64,000 nt of DNA from Schizosaccharomyces osmophilus (Eukaryota): positions 124,001-188,000 of the forward strand of contig NC_079240.1 of assembly GCF_027921745.1 (NCBI RefSeq), written 5' to 3'. The translations under genes and the position numbers were made by a program. A model generated the notes under the pieces. The model was not told where the DNA came from and did no database searches. It was given only the letters and a program-made list of their open reading frames with translations. Positions 10,375-23,818 of the stretch are shown in pieces (the first letter of the stretch is position 1; the number at the start of each line of letters is the position of its first letter).

Positions 10375-10919
10375 TTTTTCCGTGAACGTCTAATGGAATA
10401 TATGTTCTGAGTAAGATTGCCATGACCTGTGAAATTCTATGAATATTAAGATGGAAATAGAGATCAATTAACGATCGTTAATTTGTGGTAAGGAGCATTT
10501 AACGATATGAAAGAAAATCTCATTAGTAAATATCAACATTTTTAGCAAGAATACATCAAGGTAAACAATGAAACGAAATTATCATAGTCAGTCTATCATA
10601 ATCATCAACAACAAAAAAAAAGGATTAAGGGGTATTCTAATTGGTAATCGTAAGGATGGTTTTTGAAGGAAGGAGAATAAATCGCTTTTCTGTGATTAGG
10701 GTAATCTATACGGTCCTTTCAATGAAGAAACTGTAAATAGGTTTCCTTCCAACTACCACTTTAACAGGACTTTTTCAAGTAATTCCCGCTCTCCGATCAA
10801 GGATGGGAGCTTTAAGATACCATCGTATTAAATAATTCCTTGGTACATAAATAGAATAACTGATGAACATTCCGTTCGATATACAGTAAACGGATATATA
10901 AAGGGAAAGAAGGATGTAT

Positions 10920-13350
10920 TTATTCTTCAAGTCCCATTTCTGAGCGTGGATCATAAGACATATCCATGTTAGTATGAGCATCTATTGGTTCATCTCCGGA
11001 ATCGTCATCATCACTAGCCTGGGTTTCCCTTCCAGATACGGGCTGTGGAAACCTGTCCGCAGGTGACCGAATAAAATCTATCTTCAATTCTCGAGCTGCA
11101 CGCAGATTCTCCTACAGAAAAGCTGTTAGTCACAAAACAATGCGCTCGATAACACCTACCCTATTGTATATTTCTTCGTTCTCGACTCGCAAAACATTCC
11201 ATAGGCACCGGCGAAAAAGTTCGGAAAGTGTAATGAAGAAACTAATACCAGAGGAATGCTGAATGTGGTTAGGAAAGATAGTGTAGAAGATAAATGCTAT
11301 TCGAATCACGAAGTTGAATATCATTGCCAATGCGTAAGGCCATATCCTCTTTAGTAAACGATGTTTACGAAACTCCCAGCGGTCGTCTTTGCGTATAAAT
11401 AAAGACCAATCCATGGTTATATCCCATGTGTATGAAAACATAGCATTAATTCCAGCAAATATTGTATAGCAAATACGATATTTTAAACCAACTTTTCGTC
11501 TATATAAACTTAGTAGCATTTGTGTACAGACTGTAAACATATACTTTAAAGCATTGACTAAATGCGGAAACATCTGCAGGGAGTCGGCATATCTTCGAAA
11601 GCACTGAAAAATACGTAAAATTGCTGGTAACGTTGTAAAAAACCCAAGAAGAGGAGAATTTGACGAGTTGCAAAGATGAGGTTCGTTCCAGTGTCTACTA
11701 TACAAGCAGAAAAAAAGAGAAACATTACCCGCGACATAAATTAAGCTTACCATCTGGTCAGCGAAAAAGAAATCTTGAAAATGAACTGAAGAAAATCCAG
11801 AAAGAAAGACCCGGATAAGTTGAAGAAGAAAATATTTTCTTGACCGCCAATACGGAAGAAATCGAGGAAAGATGCAAATTACGCCTGCCACTCCTAAAAA
11901 AAGGGCTGGAAAATAATTTGTAAATCCAGGGAAAAAATCTCGCATACAAAGCCAAAAGAAGAGTGAAAAGATAAAAAACATGAGTGAATAAATCTCCATA
12001 TGCTGTCTCCAATTCAAGGTTTCTCTTTGGTTGAATTCAAAAATTAGGATATAGTTCACTCTAGTTTTTTCCCAGTAATAACAATCTAATGAAAACAAAA
12101 CAAATACCAAAATAAGTAACAAAAAGCCACCCCAAACTTGAAGAAGATACCGATGTTGCTCATCACCATTATAATAACAAATACCTTCTATAGCAAGAGG
12201 GATTCCTGCCCCATAAAGAAGGCCAAATCGCATTGTATTAAACGAATAATCCTGAAAACCGTTAGTATACAATAGTATTATGAAAATCCTTTGTACCTGC
12301 TTGTGACGTAAAGAACGTAACTGTTCAAGAGCAAGCTTTCTGTCTCCTTTTGTAAAAACGTTGGCAAACGCATCTTCAATCCTTGTTTGCCATTGGCCGG
12401 TTATAGCAGTATTTGTAAAAGAAAAATTAGATAGGTAATTCATCCATCTTGTTTGCAACTGTGTGTGAAAAATCTTATCATATTTTTTAATAATCTTCCG
12501 GAATGCCTGTTCATTCAAGCTTTGGTACTGTAGAATAAGTTTTAAGTAATCATAGAATTCCATCATCACCTACACAGTTAGCAGAAGTAGTAAACTGTTT
12601 AACTCAGTTATCTTACCACTTTCAGTTTCGACTTTAATTTACGGTAACTAACGTCAGGAGTGTATGCATCTGTCGGTACACCCTTTCGGGCAGGAATACG
12701 AAAGACTGGTTGAAAATTAGTCGTAAGAGACTTAAAATATTGTCGGACCCTCGAGGGGTACTTTTGCTTTATTGTATGTGTCACATCTTCTTTCTCTTTC
12801 TTCTTGTCTTTTAGCTTTTCGTAGATATGTATTTGATCGTAAATCATATCTAGGCGTTCCCCGGCCTCATTAGTCAACTTTTCAAAGAAGCTTTGAATTT
12901 TCGCTAACTGTTGATCAAGAAATTCTTGAAAAATGGGATGAAATCGAAAATTAACCGCTAAGGCTGGTTAGAATGAATATTCATATAGGCAAAGCACTAT
13001 GTGCATACCAAGTCTGCACAATTAGTTAGTAAATAATAAAGCGGAATTGCTTTGGATACCTTTGAATCGTCTTTCCGTAATAGTTGGTGCTGTCTGCTGA
13101 GGAAAGGAAAGATGCTTCACTCAATTGTTTGGGCAATCCTTCACCAGGGTTCTTTTGAATTGCCCCTATAATTTTTTTTGCTTTCTTGTAATCAAAGTAA
13201 GTAGACGCCCATTCTCAAATATTGGTTAGATTTCAGTTGGATTTCCATTATAAAGCAATTACCTTCTACTAATTCTCCTTCAATAACCCTGTTGTCGTTA
13301 ATAATGGTTCCGTACTAATACTTTCAATTTATTTACTTTCCAAATTTCAT
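10920..13350 (-). CDS. syg1: SPX/EXS-domain phosphate exporter Syg1/XPR1 family (multi-exon, includes a 5-nt micro-exon)
   Basis: Spliced N-terminus MKFGK...EEWASTYFDYKKAKK; AFRKIIKKYDK; EXS motifs DFFFADQ, LVNALKY, WNVLRVENE. Confidence 0.9.
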
Positions 13351-14425
13351 TCTGCTAAGGCTTCGACGACATTAGGCAAATGAGTAAAACAGGGAAGAGA
13401 CTAGTCCTTGACTTGGTCAGAATGAACGTTTCGACGATAGCAGATGGTTCTTAGCAATTGCATAAACGTTTGGATGCAAAAAACAAATAAAGCTTGGAAC
13501 CTGAATTTGGGAATACTAAGTTTTCTACACAGTCTTGGAGTAGTCAAGCGCAGACCATGAAAGGGTAAATTCTAAAAAACATATTATTCTATATTTTGCA
13601 GGTAGAAGAATATAAAAGCAATTGATTAAGGTAGATAAATTCTTATTTAATATTGCCAAAAAACATTAATTATGTGTATTCTTACCAGATGAACATACTC
13701 ACGAACTTAAATGCTAGGCGTTTAGAAGAAACTAGAGGAAAAGAAGAAGAAAATAATGGTTTGTAAAATATTTTTCACGTTTCTTTGTATATCCTTTTGA
13801 TAGAATGGAAACTCTTCCGAGGTCATCTTTGCTGTCCCGAGAATTGGAACATGGAAAGAAGGTGAACTCTTCAAAGAAAGAGTAGCTTGATTCTAAAACG
13901 CTATAGTTGTATGCTTACCTGATTGATGATATGAACGCTATGCTATGCCTACAATATCATCAAAGCTCGACCTTCAAAAGTCCTATTGTTGCCTTCACTT
14001 AAACTTGACGAAAAAAGCATTCTTCCCTGTTGAATTGTAATCTTATAATCATGCAAGATGTTGTTCATGTAATGAATGTGTTTCAACGAGACAACCATTT
14101 GATGCATAGAGTACTCGCATCTAGCAAAACTCAAGGAAGAGGCCAGTATAATTCGTCTTCTAAAATTAATCCTTATGACAATAGCTCGGTAGTTATACAA
14201 GAGAAACCTCAGAAGCAATTCAAAGTTGATGCGAATGTTTGTGATATCATGGAACTTTACGAAATCATCCTTTTCATTAAATAGTTTCTAAAAAATAGTT
14301 TAATAGGTATAAACAAGGATTGATACTTCCCGTCTAATGCTTGCTATCATAGCGATGGATTCCACCTTCCGCGAACCACGAATCGGCTGGTGTACACAAA
14401 AGGCCGATTTCTGTTAAATTTTACG

Positions 14426-16512
14426 ATGGATGCATCATGGGATCCTTCTTTTCTCCCTAAGACGCCTCTTCCTGCAGGCTTATTGCCTTCTGGCTATAAC
14501 TTTCAAGTTGAGAAGTTCGATGTTACTATAGTACGATACATCGCTGAAGGTAATAATTGACCTTAAACCCAGATTTGTTCCTTCTAACCATAATTACCAG
14601 GTGGTTTCTCCCATGTTTATCTCGTAAAGGTGCGCGCGCCCGGTGAGGCTACTCGAGAAGCTGTGCTGAAACGCATATTTGCTACGGATGCTCTTGCTCT
14701 TAAGGCTGTCTATGAAGAAGTGAATACTATGGTACGTTTTTTGAAACAATCAATAGTAGCTTACCCTTCCTTATGTAGAAACTGGTTTCAAATCACAAAC
14801 GATGTGTTTCTTACTACGGATCTGAATTCTTTTCCGCCGGAAAGAGTCGATTTGAATCCCTCGTATTATTAGAATACTGCTCTGGGGGTGGTTTAATTGA
14901 CTTTATGAACAGCAGATTGCAAATTCGATTAACCGAGTCAGAAATACTAAAAATTGCTTCTCATGTTACAGAAGCTGTGGCTTCAATGCATTATCTCCGT
15001 CCTCCACTTATTCACAGAGATCTGAAAATAGAAAATGTTTTGCTGGCAGCTCCTAACTTTTATAAACTTTGTGATTTTGGCAGTGCTTGCCATCCAATTC
15101 CGAGTCCGAAAACACCGGTTGAAATTCAACAAGTTGAATATAATGTTGAGAAATTTACAACTTGGCAATACAGATGTCCTGAAATGCTTGAGTTGCGTCG
15201 GGGTTATGGAATTGATGAGAAAAGTGGTAAGTAACACAAAGCTTAGAATCATCCCGCTAAATTTCTAATGCTTATTTTAGATATATGGGCTTTGGGTATT
15301 TTGTTTTACAAATTATGCTATTATACTACTCCTTTTGAACAGCAAGGTCCTCTTGCTATTTTGAACGTGAACTACGTGTTTCCCCCGTTGCCTTCCTACT
15401 CTAGTCGCCTAAAACGCTTAATATCTGCTTTACTGCAGCCTAATCCATGGCAGCGGCCAAACATTTATCAAACCTTGACAGAAATTTGTCATATGCAAAA
15501 TGTACCTGTACCGATAAAGGATATATACGACGGCAGAAATTCGTCAAGTTGTAATCCTTCTGGTTCTGAGTATTTACAAATAGCCTCAAATGTGGAAAAT
15601 AGTAGGCTGCATCCTAGTCAGTCAATCGGAGCAATACACACAAACTTACCGCGTATGTCTCGTCAAGGTGTCCCCGCTGCCGCAGCTATCCCAATGTCTT
15701 CTAACTCGGGACTTAATCCGGGGAAGCCGCCTTTTCCTTTGACAAAGCCGAAACAGCATGGCTCATTGGCTGCAAAGGTTCCACCTAAACCATTTCCATC
15801 CGCTCTTGGTAGAAATGTTTCATCATCTCCTTTTGATAAAAATGCACAGCCATCACCTGCAAAGGCCAAAACACCGGAACTCACTAGTATAAAAGCAGCC
15901 AATCCTCCTAAAGCGACTTTGGATATAGCAGATAACGTTTTTTCTTCCACCTACCGTAACCCTCCAGGAAAGGAAGAAAGGGACTCAGACAAATCGACAT
16001 TTGCGAACGCGGTAATGACTCAAAAGTCTTCTGAGTCGGCGTCTTCGTTACCGGTCTTAACAGCGCCTAGATCCGAGTCTCCGCCCAAGGTGAATTCACT
16101 TATCAGTAAATGGAATAATGTTGCACGCCCACAATCATTACCAAATTTAGAGAATCGTCGATCTGTACCACAGATTCCTCGTAAACCCGGTTATTTATCT
16201 GGAAATAGTCAATCTTCAATGAGCTCGCCGTTTCCTCAAGCCTCTATATCAGTAAACCACCTTCCTGAACCCAAGAAACCAAACAAACCATCTTTTGAAT
16301 CGTGTCCGGAAAAGCGAAAAATAGATGCTCATTCAATCCCACCAATTGAGTCGGATGAAAAGGTTGATTCTATAGGAAATGTTAAAGAAGGTGATCCACC
16401 ATTCGTAAGTATCACAGAAAGAATGAATCAATTGTTATCAGGAAAGGAGTATCAAAAGGCATCAGTCGAAGGATATGGAAAATATACGGATCGCAATACA
16501 ATTACTAAATAA
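14426..16512 (+). CDS. ppk38: Ark1/Prk1 (NAK) family Ser/Thr kinase (3 introns)
   Basis: [44 protein letters not shown]; Pro/Ser-rich tail. Confidence 0.88.
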
Positions 16513-16717
16513 TGAATTTTGTCATGATTTTTTATTAGAAAGGAAAGAAAAAAGTAGATATATTATCATTGCTTTATGAATAAAATGGTTTGTATTTATA
16601 TGTTGGCGCGGAATTTATTATAGTGCTCATCATTGTTTATTTACTTCTGTTTTGCCTGTTTATGTTTCTCAAGTACACAAAAAGGACCTGTAATTAGCCT
16701 GATACCACGTTAATAAA

Positions 16718-18222
16718 ATGAAGATTTTAAAGAGATTGCCTTCATGTTTTACAAATAAAAGCCCGCCATTGTTATACGAGAAGGAAAGCAACAGTGAAAC
16801 TTGTTCGTTGCAAAGTTCGAAATCTCACTGGGGACTATCTGAAGCAGAAACGCTCACAGACGGGCTTTATGATTGTGAATTGAATGGGGATTTCGGAAAA
16901 ACGAAGCATCTCTCACCAGCATTAGAATGGAGAGATCCTCTTTACTCCGGTCAAAGAGAAAAAACACTGTTTCCAGTAACTAAGAGTCCGATCAGGAAGT
17001 CAAAACTTCAACTTCTAGACTTATCAAAGAACAAATTCATAGACACAAAGAACTTAAAGCTTGCAATCACTCTACCAGAAGGACCACTGTATGCCGGCAC
17101 ACTTATCAAAGGACACATTTGGTTGTCCTATGATCCTCTTCTCGATCAAGATGATTCCATCTGTATGACACAACTCTATATTGATTTCTTTGGCGCCTTG
17201 AACTTGAAAACCGCAACAGAGCCCTTCTTTTCGGTGTCAGAAAAGTATTCCCTCCAGCATGCTTTGCCTGCAAACCAAACAAAGCCAGGAGCATTTTCTT
17301 CCAACGAATTTGGTTTCCTACTTAAAGAGCCTTGCAAATTTAGCTTTCCATTTGCGTTTGTTGTTCCTTTAGATCTCGGACCGGGAACGCTGAAAACGCA
17401 AAAATTGCAACTTTCATATTCCTTCTCTGCGTATGAAAGCTCTCTGCCTAATTATATACTAACTTAAAAATAGAACTATATTTTTCTCTTCCCTTTCAGG
17501 CGAAGCTCGGTTTACCAGAACATCCATTGAGAAAACAATACTTCCATCTATGAACGAGAATATCGCTTCGATCACAAACAAAATCGATTGTGAAAATAGG
17601 ATCGACTCAAAAAGGCTTGAAACCCCAAAACTTTCACTCAGAATATCCATATCCCGATCATTGTTTTTAAGTGGTGAAGACGTTGGGCTAAGTATTAGTT
17701 ATAACAGCAAATCTCAATCCGTAGTATGTCTCTCTTAAACTTCACTCTTCCTTTGCTAACGAACCTCCAGGTCCGTTCTATTAACGTCTACTTGTTAGAG
17801 TATATTCAGTTGTTGAAAATCGACTCACGCCTAAATCAAGCTTTGAAAGCACCACCAAAAAAGACAGGAAAGGTCATTTTGAAACGAAAAGTAACATCTC
17901 AAGATGCTAGTCATTACAATATTTCTCCTCAACCAGGGCAATTATACATCTCCTTGAGGTTACCAGAATCCTGTAGATCCATAGAAACAAACGCCCAGAT
18001 TCGCATATCCTACACAATAAAGGTCTCTTTAAAAACAGTCTTACATTCGAAGTGAGTATCAAAACTATTCCGTGATATTGGCAAACTAACAAACGTTTAG
18101 ACTGACAGAAGCCTATCTTCCTATAACAATCTTGCATGCGTAAACATGATTTGGAGATTAAAGCATATTTTACTTCATGGAATCACTTTTATGAAATAAC
18201 TGAACCTATTTGGCTTAATTAG
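16718..18222 (+). CDS. mug170: Arrestin-fold protein (3 introns)
   Basis: Arrestin-like beta segments (YAGTLIKGHI, FSFPFAFVVP, YISLRLP..ISYTIKVSL); GT-AG introns with CTAAC; symbol assigned from recalled synteny. Confidence 0.7.
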
Positions 18223-18534
18223 ACTGGAAACCAGAGGAAATCAAATCAGAAAGTGATTACAGGGGACTCTACTGAAATCGTTTCCTAAATGCATCAAGTA
18301 CTTTAGGTTCAAAACCATAATATAAGAACTTCATACGGAAAACCAAATATAATAGAAAATAAAAGCATCACGAATAGATTATAGAACGAAAAAAAGATAC
18401 TTGCAGGAAATAAGAATAAAAATGCAACCACAAAAAATAAACGAAAACAACACGTGTTTAAAATAAGATAAATCAAGGATAATAAAATAGATAATAACTT
18501 AAAAAATGCCCTGAGGAACAGATGTATTAGGTCT

Positions 18535-20102
18535 TTAAGACTTTCGTCTGCTGAATAGTCTTCGGAACAAGTTCATTTTTTTGGGTTTCGATTGTTCTTT
18601 GGCAGTCAAGGGAAGAGATGTTTGTGACTGGGTATGAACTGGGTAAGGGCGTGTGTTTAAGCCACCATTTCTTCTCTTTGGTGGGGGAGGTGCCTTCTTC
18701 GATGAGGGTGTTATCTGAGAGTCTCGTGATTGGGAAATACTATCATCACTTCCATACTCGTCAACATTGGATATAGGTTTCAAAGCTTGAGGCGACGCTA
18801 GCGGGGATTTACGGACATCCAGAGCAGACCTTGAACGGTAATTACTGGGTAAAGTAGAGGAACGAGAGAGGTTGCCGGTACGCCCGAGATTGAGTCGTCG
18901 CATTAAAGAATTCTTTCTGTGGAGACCAGCTCTTTCCATGGCCTGCAATTCTTCATTGCGAGCTATTGCGCGTTTAGAAGCAAGGGCACCTTCAATTCGA
19001 GTTGAATCTGTTAAACCGGGAGCATCAGTGCTACCGGCAGGAACCGGATTTTCTTCGTCATAAGTCATAGTACTAAACGGAGATTGAAGAATGGCTTTCG
19101 TACGAAGGTTATCGTGGATAGCCTTTCTACTGAAATCCTTTGGAGCAGAGGGGTCATGAAAGTTATTACCCACTTTTGGAATAGAGTTAGCAATACTGTC
19201 TTTTGGAAAAGCAGCCACTGGAGCTTTTTTCACGTTACGATTGCGGTGAGGTCGGCAAGCATCAAAAGGACCGTCATGATGGAAACTTCCTGAACCGTAT
19301 ATTCCTGTTACATCTAAACGATCAATTTGATCTAACGGTTCCTTCGTGATATTCTTATTTCGCTGACCTTCACGAACCGTCTTGTGTCGACGAATTTTAC
19401 CCTTGACAGGGGAGTAACCGGATTGATTAGATGGAGAGGAGTCAGTTTTGGAAGGAGACCGGTAGCGGCCACTGGAGGATCCTACATGAGTGCTACGAGC
19501 ACGTGATAATCGGTATGACGGAGGTCGGTCAGTACTCATAGAAGATAGAGGTCGAGCTGTGCTCAGAGATGAATTAGGACGAAATTCTAAAAGATCATGG
19601 CTTGTTTTAACGGGGCTAGAGGATTCGGTAGATACCGGTGAACGCACCGAATTTTTTTGCAAACTACTGAACTAATAAATAGTTAGTATACATAATGTAA
19701 CACGGAACGAGAGAAGGCCGAGTTTAATAGTAGCTAGTTAATTCTGATAAATTAACACAATATGCTTTCGGATTCATTGAGTTTAACAAAATGTCTGTTT
19801 TCTTCTTCTTCTCTTGCTTATTCTAGCAATCACATTCGGCCATAGTACTCTTCCTTGTCTATCTCACTCCACAAATTTTACCGCAGAATTATTCTAGTCT
19901 ACAATTCGTCGCCTAAACAAAGACTTACCAAATCATCTGCCAAAGACTCCATATAAGGATCATTCGTTCTAACCAAGTTTGGCGACAAGAAAGGATTCTT
20001 GCTGTTGTAAGTATCCATGTTTGATGAACCAGCAGGCACCTCTTCAGCGGACGATTGTCCCACATTTGCATTCCTTAAGAACGGATTCTCAGTCGCCATC
20101 AT
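18535..20102 (-). CDS. pal1: Pal1 cell-morphology/endocytosis protein (1 intron)
   Basis: NPF motifs in exon 1; DQIDRLDVTGIYGSGSFHHDGPFDACRPHRN Pal1 signature. Confidence 0.92.
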
Positions 20103-20719
20103 CCCGTACTCTCCTCCCAGGAAAAATAGAAAAGTATAATTAAAAGATTGACGACAAAATGAGCGTACGACTTATGCTGTTATTGAAAATTCTCCCGATT
20201 CTAGGATATATGTTCTTGTCAAATTCACCATACGTGGTAGTGAGAGTCTGCTCAAGAATTATCGTTAATTCGTGTTAATTATCATACCAATCTGTAAGGA
20301 TGTCACTAACCAACCCTGTACATTACGAGGGTTGGTCTTCGTAGAATCATTACTTCGGTATCGTTAGTAAACAATCCATAGATGAAAAAAGATTTTGATG
20401 TTTAACCTGTGAATAAAATGATTGTTCGTACGTTTTACTACAATCAGAATAATTTTAGCAGGGTTTTTTGGAGAAGCATGGCATTTTACTACTAAAGCAT
20501 CGTAGAGCAATGAAAGCAGTGCGAAGGAACAGGAACAATAATATCAGTATAGTCGTCTATTTAAATAATTATTAACATTTTCTTTCAAATAAATAAACTA
20601 AAAAGCAAGTTTTATGGAGCATCGTGATCCACGTAAAAGAGCATACAAGACAAGGTGGTTGATGCACACCTCAATCTGATTTCCATCCTTATAAAACCCG
20701 TCACTCAAATTACGTCTCT

Positions 20720-22135
20720 TTAGTACAAAATGTAGAGTACACCGATCAACGCAATCCCAATGAGGATAGAAACCCAGAAGGAAACGTTTCCAAGCAATCG
20801 ATGCTTACGAATGAATTTCTGGCGTTGAATCAATATGGATGGTATTTGAGTCATTTGAAAAAATAAGCCGTAACCTCGAATTTTCTTTGTAATGCATGCC
20901 ATTACTAGTTCATGCAATACAGAAGAAACAAAAAATGTTAGTGTAGTAGACGTCAATTTGGAAAAGATGATGTTAAAAGGGCAATAAACATGTCGAAACA
21001 AAAAGTAGTGAACTGGCTTGTTCCAGGTTCTAGCAAATTGGTCCCAAGTCCAACAGTTCCACCAATCATCGTAAAAATTCCTGTCAGCGAAGCGAGTGAT
21101 TTCAGCGCTGAAATTACAGATGCCTTCAAAAATGACCCAAAATACTAGTAGGAAACTCAACATGAAAGGAAACATAAGATAGGTGACAGTCTTACCTAAT
21201 TGAAGTACAAAGTAATAGGTAGATGCGTCTTCTGGAGCTTCCAAAACCCATCTAATAGCACGAAGTAAAATGGGAATCATGTAGTTTTCCGATATAATCA
21301 CTAGCAAGAATATACAGCCAAATGTCCCAAGAGCACACTCAAGTAAGTACATAAAGCGAATGTGAGACGTCCTGGGAAAATAGAGCTGATAACATACGGT
21401 TGGCATAAACAAAAATGTTAGAGCATTGACAAACGTCAAATTCGCAGGGTATCGTTTACCGTGTTCATATATTGATTCTTCAAAAATCTTGAAATTTCTC
21501 TTTTCGGGCTCAGAGAGAGACATGGACTTTGCATGAAGCCTGCGTGCTTCATGGTAGCAGTACGAAAACCAACCGTTCACTGCGTTATAAGAATGGATTT
21601 TCATTAAAATGAGGAGAGAATGAAGGATAAAAAAAGAACGATGAGTCCAGGACCAGTCACTTAAGCAGCATCGCAATATACTGTGCACAAGAAAAGCCAA
21701 AATGGAAGCACTGTATAGATAAATACCTGAGCCATACCAGCGGAGAGTGCCTGAAGCAAACAGTTTTTGAAATGGAAAAGAAAGAAAAAACAGAGAAGAC
21801 GTAAATAAGTCTGCCCTTGCGAGATCCAACAAATTCGTCTTAAAAAATTGAAAGATATTGTTTCCAAATAATTCTCCAGTTTTTTCTAAATTGTCCAAAG
21901 AATTAATTAGAATCATTGCGCCAACAGATACCCAGAAGAGAACAAAGAATCCCGTGAAGTCTATATTGTTTCGTTGATGAGTGCGAGTAAAAATGGAAGG
22001 AGTAGAAGTGTATTCTAGAGGGCGATACATCCTTTTTGGGTGTTTGTAGTCGACTTTTGGAGTTTCAGACATCCCAAAGTCCTTCTCGAGGTGACTCGAG
22101 GAAGACTCGCTTCTTGCTGGTGTTGCAGAAATCAT
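20720..22135 (-). CDS. are2: Acyl-CoA:sterol acyltransferase (MBOAT)
   Basis: MKIHSY, FADRNFYDDWWN, WNKPVH, SSVLHE motifs. Confidence 0.92.
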   Translation of the reverse strand: MISATPARSESSSSHLEKDFGMSETPKVDYKHPKRMYRPLEYTSTPSIFTRTHQRNNIDFTGFFVLFWVSVGAMILINSLDNLEKTGELFGNNIFQFFKTNLLDLARADLFTSSLFFLSFPFQKLFASGTLRWYGSGIYLYSASILAFLVHSILRCCLSDWSWTHRSFFILHSLLILMKIHSYNAVNGWFSYCYHEARRLHAKSMSLSEPEKRNFKIFEESIYEHGKRYPANLTFVNALTFLFMPTVCYQLYFPRTSHIRFMYLLECALGTFGCIFLLVIISENYMIPILLRAIRWVLEAPEDASTYYFVLQLGKTVTYLMFPFMLSFLLVFWVIFEGICNFSAEITRFADRNFYDDWWNCWTWDQFARTWNKPVHYFLFRHVYCPFNIIFSKLTSTTLTFFVSSVLHELVMACITKKIRGYGLFFQMTQIPSILIQRQKFIRKHRLLGNVSFWVSILIGIALIGVLYILY

Positions 22136-22973
22136 TAGAAGGAATCCGCGAAATAGTCAGAAAGGATAAGTTTAAAACAGAAGAAGGAAATGCTTTACAC
22201 TTGGAAATGGACGTTGTTTGTGAAATGGATTTTCAAAGTCGTAAGATCAATGAGAATAGTATAGTGCTGACGTTATTCTTAAAAGGCAAGAAGGATCCCG
22301 AAACTTCTCGATCCGAAGAAACGCCTGGACAATTGAAGATGTTTGAACTTTCTTCAAATTTTTTTTTTCTTTTTTTGTGAGCTTCGTTTGAAGGAAACGA
22401 GTTTTCCACAGAAAATTGAGGAATAAGACCACTACCGGGCGAAGTACTTTTGAATCTTCAAACGAAAATAGAAAGGAATAGATCACAAAAAAAGCCACTT
22501 TAAAGTACCCTTTAGCATAGAATAAAGGAAAAAAAAAAAACCAAGTTAAGGATGATAGTTAGAGGGAAAGTGTGAGAGATGCGTTGCCGACGCTCGCTCT
22601 GTACGTAGTACCCATGAACATCGGTATGACATTTTCAACGAAGTGTCATAGAGACAGCGCTCATTTCAGTATGGCATTTGTAAAAGAAGGATCCATCAAA
22701 GCTATCATTTATGAAAGGATATTTTTTCGTTAAAAAATTTGAAGTACCATGGCATACCTACTATGTTCTTACCTTATCGTAGAACCAAGAAAGCGGAAAC
22801 CTCTTCAATGTGAAAAATGATCCTTTTGTAATTAAATAAATAAAAAAAAAAAGAAAAAAAAAAAAAGAGAGAATTCAAAGCAATCGTGGAAACAAAAGAA
22901 ACCACTCATCGTAGCGCTTCAAGGGGTTCCTTTTTACTATATAAATTGTTCAATAATATAATATTGTATCTTC

Positions 22974-23047
22974 GGGCATGTGGTGTAGATGGTTATCACG
23001 CTTCCTTAGCATGGAAGAGGTCCCAGATTCGAGTTCTGGCTTGTCCA
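22974..23047 (+). tRNA. tRNA-Ala(AGC)
   Basis: GGGCATGTGGTGTAGATGG...TTAGCAT...GATTCGAGTTC...TTGTCCA, followed by a T run. Confidence 0.95.
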
Positions 23048-23496
23048 AATTTTTTCAGTCCATTTTCAAATTGAAATTGATTTTTATTATTATTGTTATT
23101 ATAACTATTATTATAAGGATAAACAACATGGGTTGGAAACATGAACAACTGTGGGTCCCAACATGCATAGATAGTCTTTCAATACACGAGAGCAGTTTGT
23201 TTAATGGCTTGTCAGGATAAAAACAAATGTCGTAAATAAGTTTAAATTATTGAAATTCAATTCTTCATGAGAACGTTTAAAGGTCGAAAAAAGAAAAGTC
23301 ACCTACTTTGTTTACAAAAATGTAAGCAAACGCAAGGCATCTATGACGCTGTATATATCTTGCAAATTCCCTAGTCAATAGGTAGGATTAATTTGCGTGG
23401 TCGATTTTTTATGTTAAATCAGTCAGGGTGTGATTGCTTTCATGCTTATTACCGACTCTAATTAGAAACCAGTGGTTAAATGAGTAAAAATTATAA

Positions 23497-23615
23497 AGCC
23501 TACAGCATTCCGGATTCCCATGTTGTCTCCAACCATAGTACTAACGAAACCCTCAGACGCTTAACTGCAGTGATCGGACGGGAACTGGTGTTTTCGCCTA
23601 GGTATGGCCGTAGAC
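23497..23615 (-). rRNA. 5S rRNA (dispersed copy)
   Basis: Minus strand GTCTACGGCCATACCTAGGCGAAAACACCAGTTCCCGTCCGATC...GCTGTAGGCT, 119 nt. Confidence 0.97.
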
Positions 23616-23747
23616 GACTGTTACTTTGTATGTGCTTATTTTTCCCCCTAAATTACTGGTTGAATAGTGCTAAATAAGAGTGAAACCATAAGGATGGGGA
23701 TTTGTCATCGCCAAATTTTTTGGAACGAAGAGCCAAAAAGGAAAACT

Positions 23748-23818
23748 TGCTTCGGCCGGGAATCGAACCCGGGTCGCTTCGATGGCAACGAAGCATTATA
23801 CCACTAAACCACCAAAGC
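23748..23818 (-). tRNA. tRNA-Gly(GCC)
   Basis: GCTTTGGTGGTTTAGTGG...TTGCCAT...GGTTCGATTCCCGGCCGAAGCA, 71 nt. Confidence 0.96.
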
